DNA of 63,859 bases, filler included, from Conidiobolus incongruus B7586 (taxonomy: Eukaryota): the NCBI GenBank assembly GCA_000697335.1. It is 22 parts of 22 records of this genome, joined end to end, with 100 filler letters (N's around TTAATTAATTAA, not from the genome) between each part and the next. Parts side by side here need not be neighbours in the genome. Positions count along the whole stretch, not along the records: positions 1 to 1,482 come from JNEM01003840.1; positions 1,583 to 3,263 come from JNEM01003841.1; positions 3,364 to 9,402 come from JNEM01003842.1; positions 9,503 to 12,341 come from JNEM01003843.1; positions 12,442 to 16,251 come from JNEM01003844.1; 17 more parts are not named here. One strand, given 5' to 3'. The notes below the pieces were generated by a model that did no database searches, was not told where the DNA came from, and was given only the letters and a program-made list of their open reading frames with translations. The first letter of the stretch is position 1, and the number at the start of each line of letters is the position of its first letter. Shown piece by piece: positions 1 to 12,637 of the stretch. The translations under genes and the position numbers were made by a program.

Positions 1-596
1 TAAATAATAAATTAAGAAAATTCATTAAATAATATTAGTTAAACAAATCTAATATTATTTTCTAGTTAGAAAATACCTTTTATTATATTATAACTTTTAT
101 TATTAAATAGCCTAAAAATAATAAAATAATAAAATAATAGTTATAAAATAGTTTTTTAATTTTTTAACTTTAACTTAGTTAAATATTTTTAAGATTAGTT
201 AAAAAACCTATTAAAGCTTTTCCTTCAACAAAAAATTTAAATTAGCTTTAAAAATATATTTAAAAAATATTGAATAGAATTATCCCTTTTTAATATAAGA
301 AATTAAATGATTTTATATCCTATAAATTTAAAGGAATTAAAAAATTAAAGATAAATATATTAAGTTCTAATTTTTTTATTAGTAAAAATATACAAATTTA
401 TAATTTATTCTAAATAAGATTTAAAAATTGATATTTTAATTAATTAATAATTAATTATCATAATTTAATGATTTATATTTAATAAATATAATAAATTTAA
501 ATTATTTAATTTAAGCTAATTTTGTTAATTATTAATCAAGTTATTAGTAAAAATATAAGTGTTTTTGATTTAATAACTAACTTTTGTAGATTATTG
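1..596 (+). mobile_element. Tc1-like (family A) relic, 3' part and right terminal repeat
   Basis: Aligns by eye to 32570-33159. It ends ATTTAATAACTAACTTTTGTAGATTATTG-TA, a degenerate form of the right TIR ATTTTATGACTCACTTTTGTGGGCTAGTG-TA. Confidence 0.85.
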
Positions 597-759
597 TATT
601 AATTAACTAAATATAAAAATCTTATAATTAAAATAATTCAGATTAATTTAATTATATTATATATTTATAAATTAGTAATAAAAAGATAATTAAATAATAA
701 ATTAAAGTTATATATTATTATTTAATATTTATATTTTTAAAAATTAATAAGGGGAAATA

Positions 760-1143
760 TGTTTATAATATATTAAAATAAACTAAATAATAGATTAAAA
801 AAAATATTTAATAATATAGATTAATATATTATCCTAGTGCTGGAAACTAATATAATTATATTGAATTAAGTTGGATTATTGATAAGTGATAGGATTAGAA
901 TATGGTTATGGAGTTTTATTGGAAATCTTTGATAAAGACTTAGTGGTATAGCTAGGTAATTAGGTAGGTTGATAAATGAATAAACAGATAGATAGATAGG
1001 TAAATAGATCTTTGTTATATTTCCTCCTCCCTATACTGGGATGAGGATAGATCAATTTAAGGGAAAATAGGATAAGAGATAAATTATGGGTAAACTGACA
1101 TAAAAGGTAAATATATATGGATTAATTGGATAGACATGTGACA
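760..1143 (+). repeat. Possible LTR of an unidentified retroelement
   Basis: About 380 bp bounded by TG...TGTGACA, preceded by a purine tract (AAGGGGAAA, 749-757), and GC-richer than its flanks. There is no second copy in the window. Confidence 0.3.
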
Positions 1144-1482
1144 ATTAAATATATTAAATATAATCTTTTAATATAATTGCATCTTAAAATATTATAGATT
1201 TATAATTAATATAGATTTTAAAAATAATTACAAAAAAACTATAAAATTATATTTTTTATTTAAAATTAGTTATTCATATTAAAGTATATTAATACCAATA
1301 TTTATAAAATCTAATATATAAAATTATTATTTATAAAGATTAATTAATTTTATATTTTATAAACATAATATATTTATATTGAATATTTAATATTTTGATC
1401 AAGAAAAATTAAATATAATTAAACATAAATTATTAGATCTATTTTATATATCTTAATTATATAATTTAATATAAATTCATAT

Positions 1483-1582
1483 NNNNNNNNNNNNNNNNNN
1501 NNNNNNNNNNNNNNNNNNNNNNNNNNTTAATTAATTAANNNNNNNNNNNNNNNNNNNNNNNNNNNNNNNNNNNNNNNNNNNN
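1483..1582. other. Artificial contig-joining linker N44-TTAATTAATTAA-N44 (first of 21)
   Basis: The same 100-nt linker, with stops in all six frames, occurs at 1483, 3264, 9403, 12342, 16252, 17786, 19102, 21630, 29238, 34111, 36614, 38366, 44330, 46557, 50087, 51550, 53014, 56632, 59090, 61281 and 62721. Adjacency across linkers is not biological. Confidence 0.98.
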
Positions 1583-1771
1583 ATATACTTATTATACAAA
1601 ATTCATATTTAGAGATATTAAATTATTAAATTATAATTAAATATATTCGAGTCTAATTATTAATAATATTATTTTAATATCAAATATATATATCTAATTT
1701 TAAGAACTATTATGAATAAACTTAGTTAAAACTTCTTAAATATAATTTATAATAATAAATTTCTTTAAACT

Positions 1772-3059
1772 ATAATCTTTAATTTAAAAAATTTATATTT
1801 TTTATAATTCAAAAAAATAAACATTATAATATATAATTTAAAAATTAAATATTTAATATAAAATAATATTTTTTTGTTTTTAAGAGCTTTTTAATATATT
1901 TTTGATAAAGTCTTGATACTTGAAAAATAGTTATTTTTATTAAAGACTGAAGTATGATATTTCATAAAGTAATTAAATTTTTTTGAAAAATTTCTTTTAT
2001 GTAAACTGGTTTTTTAAGTACCTAAAATAATTATTATGATATAGGTTATAATCAAAGGAATATACTAGATATAATAGTTTTTTCCAATTATTTTTGATTA
2101 AAAATTACTTTATAACTTTAACTCTATTTGTAAATAATTATTATTTAAAATAATAAGATTTTTAAAATTATATTAAAAATATCAATTATAAATAATTTTA
2201 TTTAAAAAAGTAATATAAAGTTTATTATTAATTGATTTTACTTTGAGAACTAAATAAAAATAATATATGCCATTATAATCTATTATAATAGTAAATATTT
2301 GCTTATCAAAATAATATTTATTTAAAAAAAATATCTCAAAGGGGTTAATTAGATTAATTCATTATCTAGATTTATATTTTGTTCAAGGATTATACAAAAG
2401 GATCAAAAATTAATCAATTGTTATTATTTATTTTAAAACCTTGGTTTCTAGCTATATCTTAGTAAGTTTTGTTTAATAATATCTATTTTATCTTTTTTAA
2501 GCTTATTTTAAATTATTAAATAATTATCTTGTATCTTTATTTATTAAATTTAATTTACAATATAATATATATATAATACTCATATACCTAATATTAAAAT
2601 ATTTTGATAGTTTTCTAGCTTTAAAAAAATATTCTTTAATATATTTTTTAATTTATTAATTAATTAAAAATATATAGCTATAATTAGTTCTCTAGATTTT
2701 AACAAGTTTTAAATAATTGCTTACTTAGCTTTAGAGTAGTTTATCTAGGAATAAATTATTAATTAAAATAATACTTTATTTTGAAAAGTTACTTATAAAT
2801 TTTAAACTATTATAGAGTATTTATAGTTTAATTTTATTAATACAAAAATTAAAGACTTTTGATAATTATTATTTGATTTAAAAATTAATATATTTAATAA
2901 TTAATTTAAAAAAATTTTTTTAATTAAAAAATTATTAAATATATATTATAAAATTAACTGTTTTCGTATTTGTTTTTAAATATTTTTTCATTAAAATCTA
3001 ATAATAGATTTGAAAAATCGAAAATTAAAAAATTTACTTTCTTGATTTTTTCATAATAA
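1772..3059 (-). mobile_element. mariner-like (family B) relic, near full length
   Basis: Reverse complement is colinear with 29651-30962; for example AAAACCTTGGTTTCTAGCTATATCTTAGTAAGTTTTGTTTAA at about 2434. The left-TIR relic ends at about 3059. Confidence 0.85.
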
Positions 3060-5006
3060 TAAGAAAGTTTTGTTAACTAGTAATTATATTTATAATTTTA
3101 CCAAATAAGATTAATCTTATAAATATTAGAAAATATATAAAAAAATAATAAAATAATAAACATATTAAAATTAATATTATAAGGCAAAAAAAATATATAT
3201 AATTTAATAATATAGTTTTCAATAATAACTTTATTAAAACTTTTAAAGCAATAATAAATAAATNNNNNNNNNNNNNNNNNNNNNNNNNNNNNNNNNNNNN
3301 NNNNNNNTTAATTAATTAANNNNNNNNNNNNNNNNNNNNNNNNNNNNNNNNNNNNNNNNNNNNTCTTTTATTAATATTTTATTTTTAATAATAGTTCAAT
3401 ATATATATATATATTATTAATTTTTTTATTAATATCAAAATATTTTTCAATTAAAATTAAATTATATTAATTTTTTTAAAAAGATATATAGGTAATAATT
3501 CAAATATATCTTATATATTTGTATTTCTTTAGTTAGTTATATATTAAATAAAATATAAGGTAAGTTATATATATTAGACTCTCAATCTATAAATTAATTA
3601 AATCAATTTATAATATTACATTTTGAAGTTTTTTGTTATTAAATAATATTTGCAAATATTTATATATAGTTGATAAAAATTATTTTATATATTATGATAT
3701 TGAAAATTTTTTTTCATTAACTAAGATAAAATTTAAAACTTTTTTTCTGTTTTAGTTATTTTGTTTTTTATTGAGATTCTGTCAAAAATATATATTATAA
3801 ATTTGATTAATTTTATGTATTATTAGTTTAGTTATTATTGTTTAAATAAAATATTATTATAAAAATAAAAAATTATGATTTATTAATTAATATTTGATTA
3901 ATATATTATTTGGAAAATATTTTTAAATCAAATAAGTATATTTCCTATTTGAATATAGTATATAAAATAATAAATTGATATTATATTTAAAGTTCAAATG
4001 AATATTTTTATTAATCAATATATTACTTAAAATTCAGTATAATTTTTTGAAATTTCACAATGTTATTTCAGAATTGATAAATTATTTTAATAATTGTAAT
4101 TTCAATCAGGTATTTTTGCTGAGAAATATCTACATTGATTTTATTAGATCTCATTGAATAGTTTGATTTCACATCCATTTATCTCTTAGACAGTTCTCAG
4201 TTTGAATCGTTGCGAGTTCATCAAGTTCAATTTTATTTTTTAAAATATATTTATACAAATTTTATATTTGAGGTTAATAATTTTCATCTAATTATACCTA
4301 GCTTTTTAAACTCACAACAAATTAATTGAATTTAGCCACATCCTATAACATTATATTTAAAATTTTCTGTTCATAATTTGATTATCGAATATTTAATTTT
4401 AATTAGCAAATGTATACTAAAAATCTTTGGAAATTAATCATCAACAAATTTGTTGAATTGATCAAATAATGATTATAAATTAATCAATATGTTCTACTTA
4501 ACTAATGTTATTAAGATCAATTAATTTTTTATTCTTTATATAGTAATTTTTTATTTTAATAATTTAAAGTGGAATAATCATGTTTCGAATATTGATATCA
4601 TATATATTTTGAAATATTTACTCACCGTTTTATAGATTACTTTGAAGTAAATATAGTCAAATGCTAGGATTGACTAATAAATCATATTTTTTGAATTTTT
4701 CTTGAAATGTTGATAGTTATTGACTAAATGTTAAAATAGCATTATTTAAAAACCAGCAAAATATTATCTCTGATATATACCAGATATATAGAATAAATAA
4801 ATATTTTTATACACAATAAATATTGCTTTATATATATATTATTTTATCAAAATTATAGTTTAATTGAATTGTGTATTAATTATAGAATAATTTACTTAAA
4901 TCCCACAATTTATTTTATTTCATATTTGAAATAATTACTTTAAGCCCACTTTTAATTTGAAAAATAGATAAACAATTTTTAAAAATAATAATATTTAAAT
5001 AAAACT

Positions 5007-5465
5007 ATGAAATATCAATCAGTTAACTTAATTAAGAGTTTAATAAGAACTCAAATCCGTACTTATGCTGGTAAAGTCAAGGCCAATGTATCACCTCAAG
5101 ACACTCGTAATGATATCATTAGAAAATCTTTATTTGACGCTCCTTTACGTCCCGTTAAACCTTTGAGCGATGAAGAAGTTCAGCGTCACGAAATTATTGA
5201 ACAAGCTTGGAAATTGTATAGTAGTGAAAAACGTGCCAAACACCAAGAAAATTTAAATATTAAATATCAACGTATGAGGGATGCTGCTACTCTCTTAGAG
5301 CAGCTGAGTCCTGAACTATATAAAAATTCTCAAGTACCTAACCACTCTTTATTATTCCCTAAGCAAATGAAGATCCCTACCGAGACTCCCGCTAACATTA
5401 TTTGGAATAAGATCGCTACTAAATCTATTCCTCCTCCAACGTTGAAGGCTAGACATCAGCAATAG
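5007..5465 (+). CDS. MRPL28: Mitochondrial large-subunit ribosomal protein mL40 (fungal MRPL28 family), nuclear-encoded
   Basis: Intact 152-aa ORF in a GC-richer island, with a basic N-terminal targeting-like peptide ending RTYA. Family motifs are RHEIIEQAWKLY, YQRMRDA..LL..L.PELY and FPKQMKIPTETP...W. Confidence 0.88.
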   Translation: MKYQSVNLIKSLIRTQIRTYAGKVKANVSPQDTRNDIIRKSLFDAPLRPVKPLSDEEVQRHEIIEQAWKLYSSEKRAKHQENLNIKYQRMRDAATLLEQLSPELYKNSQVPNHSLLFPKQMKIPTETPANIIWNKIATKSIPPPTLKARHQQ

Positions 5466-5849
5466 ATTATTTATTTAAAATTTAAATCATCTTAATTTTC
5501 ATTATTAGATTTATTCAAGATTAAATATAAAATAGCTGTTTAATTTAATTCAATTCGAAATTAGTAAATGAAATAGTTTTATATAGTTTATGTTTATCTT
5601 TTATATTAATATTTATAGAATCTAATTTTATTCAAATTTTAGTTAATTCGAATATTATAGTTATTCTAAAATATAACTAAATTTAATCTAAATAGTATTT
5701 TGAAAATCCAATATTAAATAATATTGCATAATAAGCAAATAGCATAAAAATTTAATAGATTTTGAATAAACACACAAAAATAGTTTAAAAATTAAAAGCA
5801 AATTAAAATAACAATCATATAATATAGTATTTATATATTTTAATGTTAT

Positions 5850-7683
5850 TTAAAAAGAATTATTCATAATATAGACTGGCAATTTCATTATCAATATCTG
5901 AAATTTAAGTGTATCACATTCTCTACCCACTATCTTCAATCGATGACTACTCTTAAACCAAGATGTGATCTTGTGACAGCCCCAGAGACTCATCTCTTGC
6001 AAGTTACCAGTCACATTGACAATGAACTCGACAAGCGGATTGGGCATCTCGCGACACTATGAGAAGTTGAGATTCGTGAGATTGGTCGGTGGATATTGAG
6101 TAAATGGTTGTTTGATGCCTTCATGTGTCAAACTATCCCAACCACTAACGTTGGATGATTGGAGAGTCTCGCTATTTTGACATAAAATGGAGAGCAATAC
6201 CTTGTCGCCATTCTCAATGCTACAATTAGCCAAGTTGAGGTGATGGAAACCCGAGGCAGCTCCACAGTTTGCAAGTTTTGAATTAAATAAATAGCACCAG
6301 CCTTCGGGAGTAATATTTTCATCACCTTCGAGAGAGAGAGAGAGCTCGATGAGTGACTTACAGCATAGTTCAATACTTTTAGTAATAGCTTCATTGGTGA
6401 GTTTGGTCCACTCATTTAGCTTCAGAGCCTCAAGACCACTTTCAATAACCGGGAGTACGGAGAGAATAGCAAAGTCATTAAGATCAGTGTGCGAGTATGA
6501 TAGATTGAGATATATAAGATTGCACAACCAGATGATAGTGAACTTTTGATCATCGGTTTCTTTAGAAGATTTCTCATGTCCTTTGCCATGTTTGGAACCC
6601 TGAGATAATAATAAAATGCGCTCTTTATCAATTGCTTCACAGTGAGATAATTCAAGGAATGAAAGCCCACGGCAATTGGTAAATAGAAACTTCATACTCT
6701 GAACATTGAGCATTGGAGCTTGCTGAATGCTCAGCTTGTCCAACTTGGGACCAAGGCCTTCAAATAATTTGTAGAATCCGTCTTCAGTAGGCAAAAAACA
6801 CCGTGAAGTAGTTCAGTAATATGCATAAAACCATTAGAAAATAAATAAGTTAAAGGATCATTCATTCTACTACAAAAGTTCAGTTTCAAATTTTCTAACT
6901 TGCCATTCTTTTGAACAATTTTGGCAATATCAGGTTGTGTTAACTCTAAGGCCAAAGTTTAGAATTGATTATTAATACAGTTATTTTAATTATTACTGGC
7001 ACAATCAAATAGATAAAGATAGCTTATGTCAGGCTGAAGGAATAGTTCAAGCACTTCTGAATAGATTTTGCGATACCTGGACTGAATTCTAGAGATTTTT
7101 TCTAACATATAATCACCAATGCCCTCAAGGGTTGATTTTTGCAATGTTTTAACAGGTATTCTATGCAAGCTTAATAACCAGCTGTAAGATATTTTATGTA
7201 TTATATACTTGAACGTAGAAGTCTTCAAGTCTGGGAACGAGGTTATCTTCGAACCAGTCACATCCAGTTTTCAGTCTGCTTTCACGCTTGATTTTCTTCA
7301 ACGATCTCAGATTTACTCGGCGATGGTACTTGTTACCATCCTGATTGGAACATCCAAGACATAAGTAACCGCTACCTTCGACACTGTACTTGCAGCTTGA
7401 GGCGGACATGAATCCACAGCCACATCTGACACAGAGCTGGATACCTGGACCGCGTTTTTTGTATTAGAATTTGCTACAAATTGAGTGGTAGCTGATACAT
7501 TATCATCTTCAAAAGTTGTTTCAGTAACTGTTTCATCTCTACCAGGTCTTGTATGATCTGACCTGGGGCATACCTGTTACCCAAATTAGTAGTATTACCT
7601 CTTCCTTGCAAGAAAGTAGTCAAAGCAGATGTAGAACCTTTGATAGATCCACGATTATTAGATTGATTTCTTCTCTTCGATAT
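5850..7683 (-). pseudogene. RAD7: Disabled RAD7/Rhp7-like LRR DNA-repair gene
   Basis: N-terminus reads (ATA)SKRRNQSNNRGSIKGSTSALTTFLQGRG, matching the Rad7 GPxSALTxFL motif. It is followed by a CVRC...CLGC zinc-binding segment, VPRLEDFYVQ, LEGIGDYMLEKISRI..R.RK...LFLQP...LYLFDC, RNI-type LRRs and a C-terminal LWGC...IVGRECDTL. Two short GT-AG introns lie at about 7161-7208 and 6946-6996. Lesions: start ATG->ATA (7681-7683), frameshifts (about 7460-7570, about 7160, and a T-run at about 6795) and an in-frame TAG at 6057-6059 where W is expected (NFS*CRE). The minus-strand ORFs 5850, 6057, 6731, 6986 and 7194 are pieces of this gene. Confidence 0.8.
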
Positions 7684-8336
7684 AGTCTACAGGATATGAA
7701 AAAAATGTGAAAAATTAAATCGGTGGAAAATGGAAGAAAATTTGAATTTTTTCCATTCCAGGTCCTCAACCTTTACTGTCGCGTCGAATATCATCTTATA
7801 TAGCATTCTAATTTCGAACTTATGGGACCTAATATGGAATTGTTGTTCGATTAAATTATCATAATTCTCTACTTTTGATTTCAAATTACAATTTAATTTC
7901 ATTGGGTCGTTAAAATAGATTAATCCAATAATCTTCAAAATTATACTACTTATTTTAATTTGCTAAAATAATAATTATTAGTTTAGATTGATAATAAAGT
8001 TATCATAATGTAAAATAACCAACATTATATAAGACAAATTGATATTAATAAAATTTTGAAAAATTAAAATCTGAAAAATAAACAAATCTTGATATTAAAA
8101 GGATAAAAGTTAATATTAAAAAATCTTTTTTATCATTGTTTATAAAAATATCTATTATATAAATTATCAAAAAATCTTAATAATATTATATAGCTAATTT
8201 TTTATATTTTATTAATATCTTTTTATATTTATATAAATGAATTGATAAGAATTATTTTAGTTTTAGAATTATTAGAACTCAAGGGATTATACATATATAC
8301 AAAATTATTATTAATTCCTAGTAATATTATAGTATA

Positions 8337-9402
8337 CACTAGCCTATAAAATTGAGTTATAAAATTATGATTATATATATTTTTATCAATAACTTTGTTA
8401 ATTCTTAATTAAATTAATTTAAATTAAAATATATAATAAACTTATATTATTTATTTATAATTAAATGTATTTGATTAAAATTATATTAACTTTTAGTTAA
8501 TATATTAAAATTTAAATTTTATTTAAGATGAGTCATAGATTTATATATTTTAGAAATAAAAAAATTAAAGCTTAATATATTTATCTTTTACTTTTTTAAC
8601 TTCCTTAAGTTTATAAGATATAAAATTAATTAACTTCTTATATTAAAAAAAATTAATTTTGTTTTAAGCTTCTTAAATATATTTTTAAAACTTATTTAAA
8701 TTTTTTGTTAGTGGGAAAACTTTAACTATTTTTTTTAACTAATCTTAAAAATATTTATTAGATTAAAGTTAAAAGGTTAAAGAAGTTATTTTATAATTAT
8801 TATTTTATTATTTTTAAACCATTTGGTAATAAAAATAATAATATAATAAAAAACATTATCTTATTAAAAAATAATATTTAATTTATTTAACTTATACTAT
8901 TTAATAGTTTTTTTATTTATTATTTAAAATATTTTATTATATTTCAATATTAATTCTTTTATTAATTTTATAAAGATATCTTTATTAGAAAATAACATAT
9001 ATTCTCAAATTATAATCAACCCATTATTATATCTTTAAGTTAAAATAACATAATAGTTATAAAGTAATTCTTTGTTTATTTTCTGAAATATCTAGTTTTT
9101 TTATTTTATTTACTAAAATATATTTTTGTTTTATTAAATTGAATTACCTTATTTTAATTAGTTTTAGTTTAACTTTAATATTAATATTTAAACTTTTGTT
9201 TAACCTTATAATAAGACTATTTTAGTTAAATGTGTTTTTTAAGATGTAAGTAATATTTATTATAATATAAAATATATATAATAATATTAATACTAACTAA
9301 TATTTTGATATAATCTTATAATTTTTTTTATACTTTTATAATAATATTATATTTATTAATATTAACTAGATTATAAATATATTTTTTGTTATATTTATAA
9401 TA
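8337..9402 (-). mobile_element. Tc1-like (family A) relic, truncated by contig end
   Basis: TA-CACTAGCCTATAAAATTGAGTTATAAAAT terminus at 8335, inner DR GATGAGTCATAGATTT at about 8527, then the reverse complement of the transposase 3' half. Confidence 0.88.
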
Positions 9403-10380
9403 NNNNNNNNNNNNNNNNNNNNNNNNNNNNNNNNNNNNNNNNNNNNTTAATTAATTAANNNNNNNNNNNNNNNNNNNNNNNNNNNNNNNNNNNNNNNNNN
9501 NNTTTAATAAAATAATTTAGTATTTCTTGATATATTTTTATAATATAATATATTTTCAATAATAGTACTCGTAGTTTTACAAAATATATTAAATTTATTG
9601 GTGAATTTAATAACCTTAATAACAATATCTTTATTATGATATATCATTATTTTATATTATGATTGAGGAGTATAAATCAATATTAATTACTAAGACTATT
9701 ATTTTGTATAAATATTTTTGTAAATCTTCAACATTAAAATATATTATATTAAATTTAAATAAACCATATTAGAATTAAATAAATATGATTAAAATAGGAT
9801 AAATCTTTAAATTTTTAAATCAAAATTAAATAAAATATAATGAATTTAATTTTAATTAATGAATTTTTCGAAAGAAAAATAACAAAAATAAAATCATTAT
9901 TGATATATTATTGAAAATCAATAATTAATCGATTTCAATCATAATATTAAATATTCTTTTTAAAAATTAGTTAAAATCGAGAAATAATTTTTATAGTTTG
10001 AAGTAACAATTCAAAATCATGTTCAAATGAAAATTTTATTTCAAAATTGTTTACTATAATATAAATTTATAAATTGAAAATAATAATATTATTTCAATGA
10101 ATGTTTTAAAATTTTTAATCAAGAATAATTTATATTTATTATTTAAATTTATTCACTATATCTTAATAATTAAATAATTTTACAGCACTTTACTTTTTTA
10201 TCAATTATATCATTTATCAAAATATAACTAGAATGATATTTGATGTGAAAATAAAGAGAATTGATCTAAATGATATAATTGAATATAAAATATTTATTAG
10301 TATTCTTGAATTGATTTCTTAATATATTATTAGAATTTAATAATATAAAGCAATAAATTTCATAAACTTATATAATTGAA

Positions 10381-10452
10381 AATTATATTAAATAAATTCA
10401 ATTTGTTAATGAATTATATTAAATAAATTCAACTACTTAATGAATTATGTTA
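10381..10452. repeat. 31-bp tandem repeat, about 2.3 copies
   Basis: AATTATATTAAATAAATTCAATTTGTTAATG / AATTATATTAAATAAATTCAACTACTTAATG / AATTATGTTA. Confidence 0.7.
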
Positions 10453-12637
10453 TATGTTTGAGTAATAAAATTTTAGTTCTAGATTTTGATATTATAATTT
10501 TTTTGATTAAATATATTATCATAAAATTTTAATAAAAATATCTATTATATATATGTTATATCTTTGATAAAATATTATATTACTATTTATAAAATTAAAA
10601 ATTAATATAAGTTTGGTTAATAAAATTTTCAATTATATTATATATTTATAATCATAAAATAAGATAATAATTTAATATATATAATATGTAATTGGTTTTA
10701 ATAATTTATTAATAATATTATTTTGTAAAATAATTAAAAAATTTTATAAATTTTTGATAACAATACTATTTCCATATTTTTGGTCTTAATTATCAATATA
10801 AAATATTATTTTTTTAATTAGTAAATATGAATATCCATAATTGTTATCCTAATATTTTTATTAAATCTTTCATCAAATGAGCCTAAAATTATAAATTCCC
10901 CTGATCACTATATTTTGATTGAAAGGCATAATTTATATAGTTTTATTACATATTAATTGAATGATTATTGAAATTTATTTTATTATTTCAAAATATAATT
11001 CAATTGGAAATTAATGCAATTTAGAAGCTTGTTATGGTTTAATAATATTATAAGTCGGTATAAAATATTATTATGTTAATCATATTATATTTTTTTTATT
11101 ATTTAGTTATAAATCCAACATAATTAATATTGATCAAATTATTTCAATTTTGATTATTTTTCATTAATTATCATTTAACCAAGTGATAATTCTAATTTAC
11201 AAATAAATATTTTAAATTGTCAGAGCAATTTAGTAAAAAATTTATAGTTAAATTCTATGATTAGTATTATTTTACAATCAATTTTATCTAAGAAAAAAAT
11301 TTATTTAAATCAAAACTAAATGATATTGTATTTTATTAGAAATATAAAATATAGGAATATATAAAATTATTGGAAATATTGAGCAATTGATTTATTGAAA
11401 AAAAAATTTATATATATATTATATAATTTTGAAATTATTTAGTACTTTTAATACATAACTATAAAAAATATAAATGAAAAAATAATTTATATCAATTTTT
11501 GTAATTTGACCTATTATTTTAACTAAAAACTATATGAAATATTTTGTCAATAATCTAATATAATTTATATATAATCAATGTAGATTTTTTTAACCTGTTG
11601 TAAATATAATACAAAAATTAGGTTTTATTAGACAATTCGATATAACAAATTTTCAATTTAATAAATATATAAATAAAACGTAAATGTTTAATTTAACGTA
11701 TCATTAAATTTTAGAATTATAAAAAATTATTATGAAACAGATAAGCTATAATTTTTTATATTGATTATATTTAATCTTTACTTTTGATATTTTATATATA
11801 AAAGAAAATACATTGCTGAAAATATCATAATCACATAAGATATAAAATATATTTTGTATATATAAAAATACATAAAATTTGAAATTTTTATTAATTCAAT
11901 AAATTTTTATAATATATAATTTATTTTCAAAAATTTTTTTGAATTTTCTATTTAAATTATATTAAAATTTAAAAAATTAAGATCTTAATTATATATTCAA
12001 AATAAAATTATTAAATTCAAATTATTTTTGTTTAATTTAATTAATAATATATGGAAGAAAATAAACTATTATATTTTTCGAGTGAGTACTTTAAAATACA
12101 ATTATATTCATTAAAAATTTGAATTTTATGTCCAATTTATTTATAATTAACATACACTTTAGTTAATATTTGATTTTTTATGAAAATTGATTAGAAAAAA
12201 ACTTATGAAATATAAAATCACAAAAATTTATTGATTGTGAATATATTAATTAGTTTCCAATTAATGAAACAAAATTTTATATTAAATAATCTAATCAAAA
12301 TTATTATTATCAAAATTCAATATAATTTAATAGTCATTATANNNNNNNNNNNNNNNNNNNNNNNNNNNNNNNNNNNNNNNNNNNNTTAATTAATTAANNN
12401 NNNNNNNNNNNNNNNNNNNNNNNNNNNNNNNNNNNNNNNNNATATATATTGTTAATAATGAATTTAGCTTGGTTTATAATTATATATATTGGTATATTAT
12501 TATTAATCAATTTTTTTTAAAATATATTATTAATGATTAATTTTTGTTGATATTTAAAATAATAATAATTTTTTAAATATATAGTATTTAATATAATTAA
12601 ACACTATATTATTTATTAATTATTCAAAAAATATATT

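Noticed and set aside
6128..6670. ORFs 6128..6415(-), 6349..6549(+) and 6422..6670(-)
   Set aside because: Alternative-frame or antisense shadows of the RAD7 LRR region with no motifs.
7687..7938. 83-aa minus-strand ORF upstream of RAD7
   Set aside because: Non-ATG start and no recognisable family. It is more likely RAD7 promoter or 5' region. The single ACGCG (MCB-like) core at about 7780 is too weak to call.
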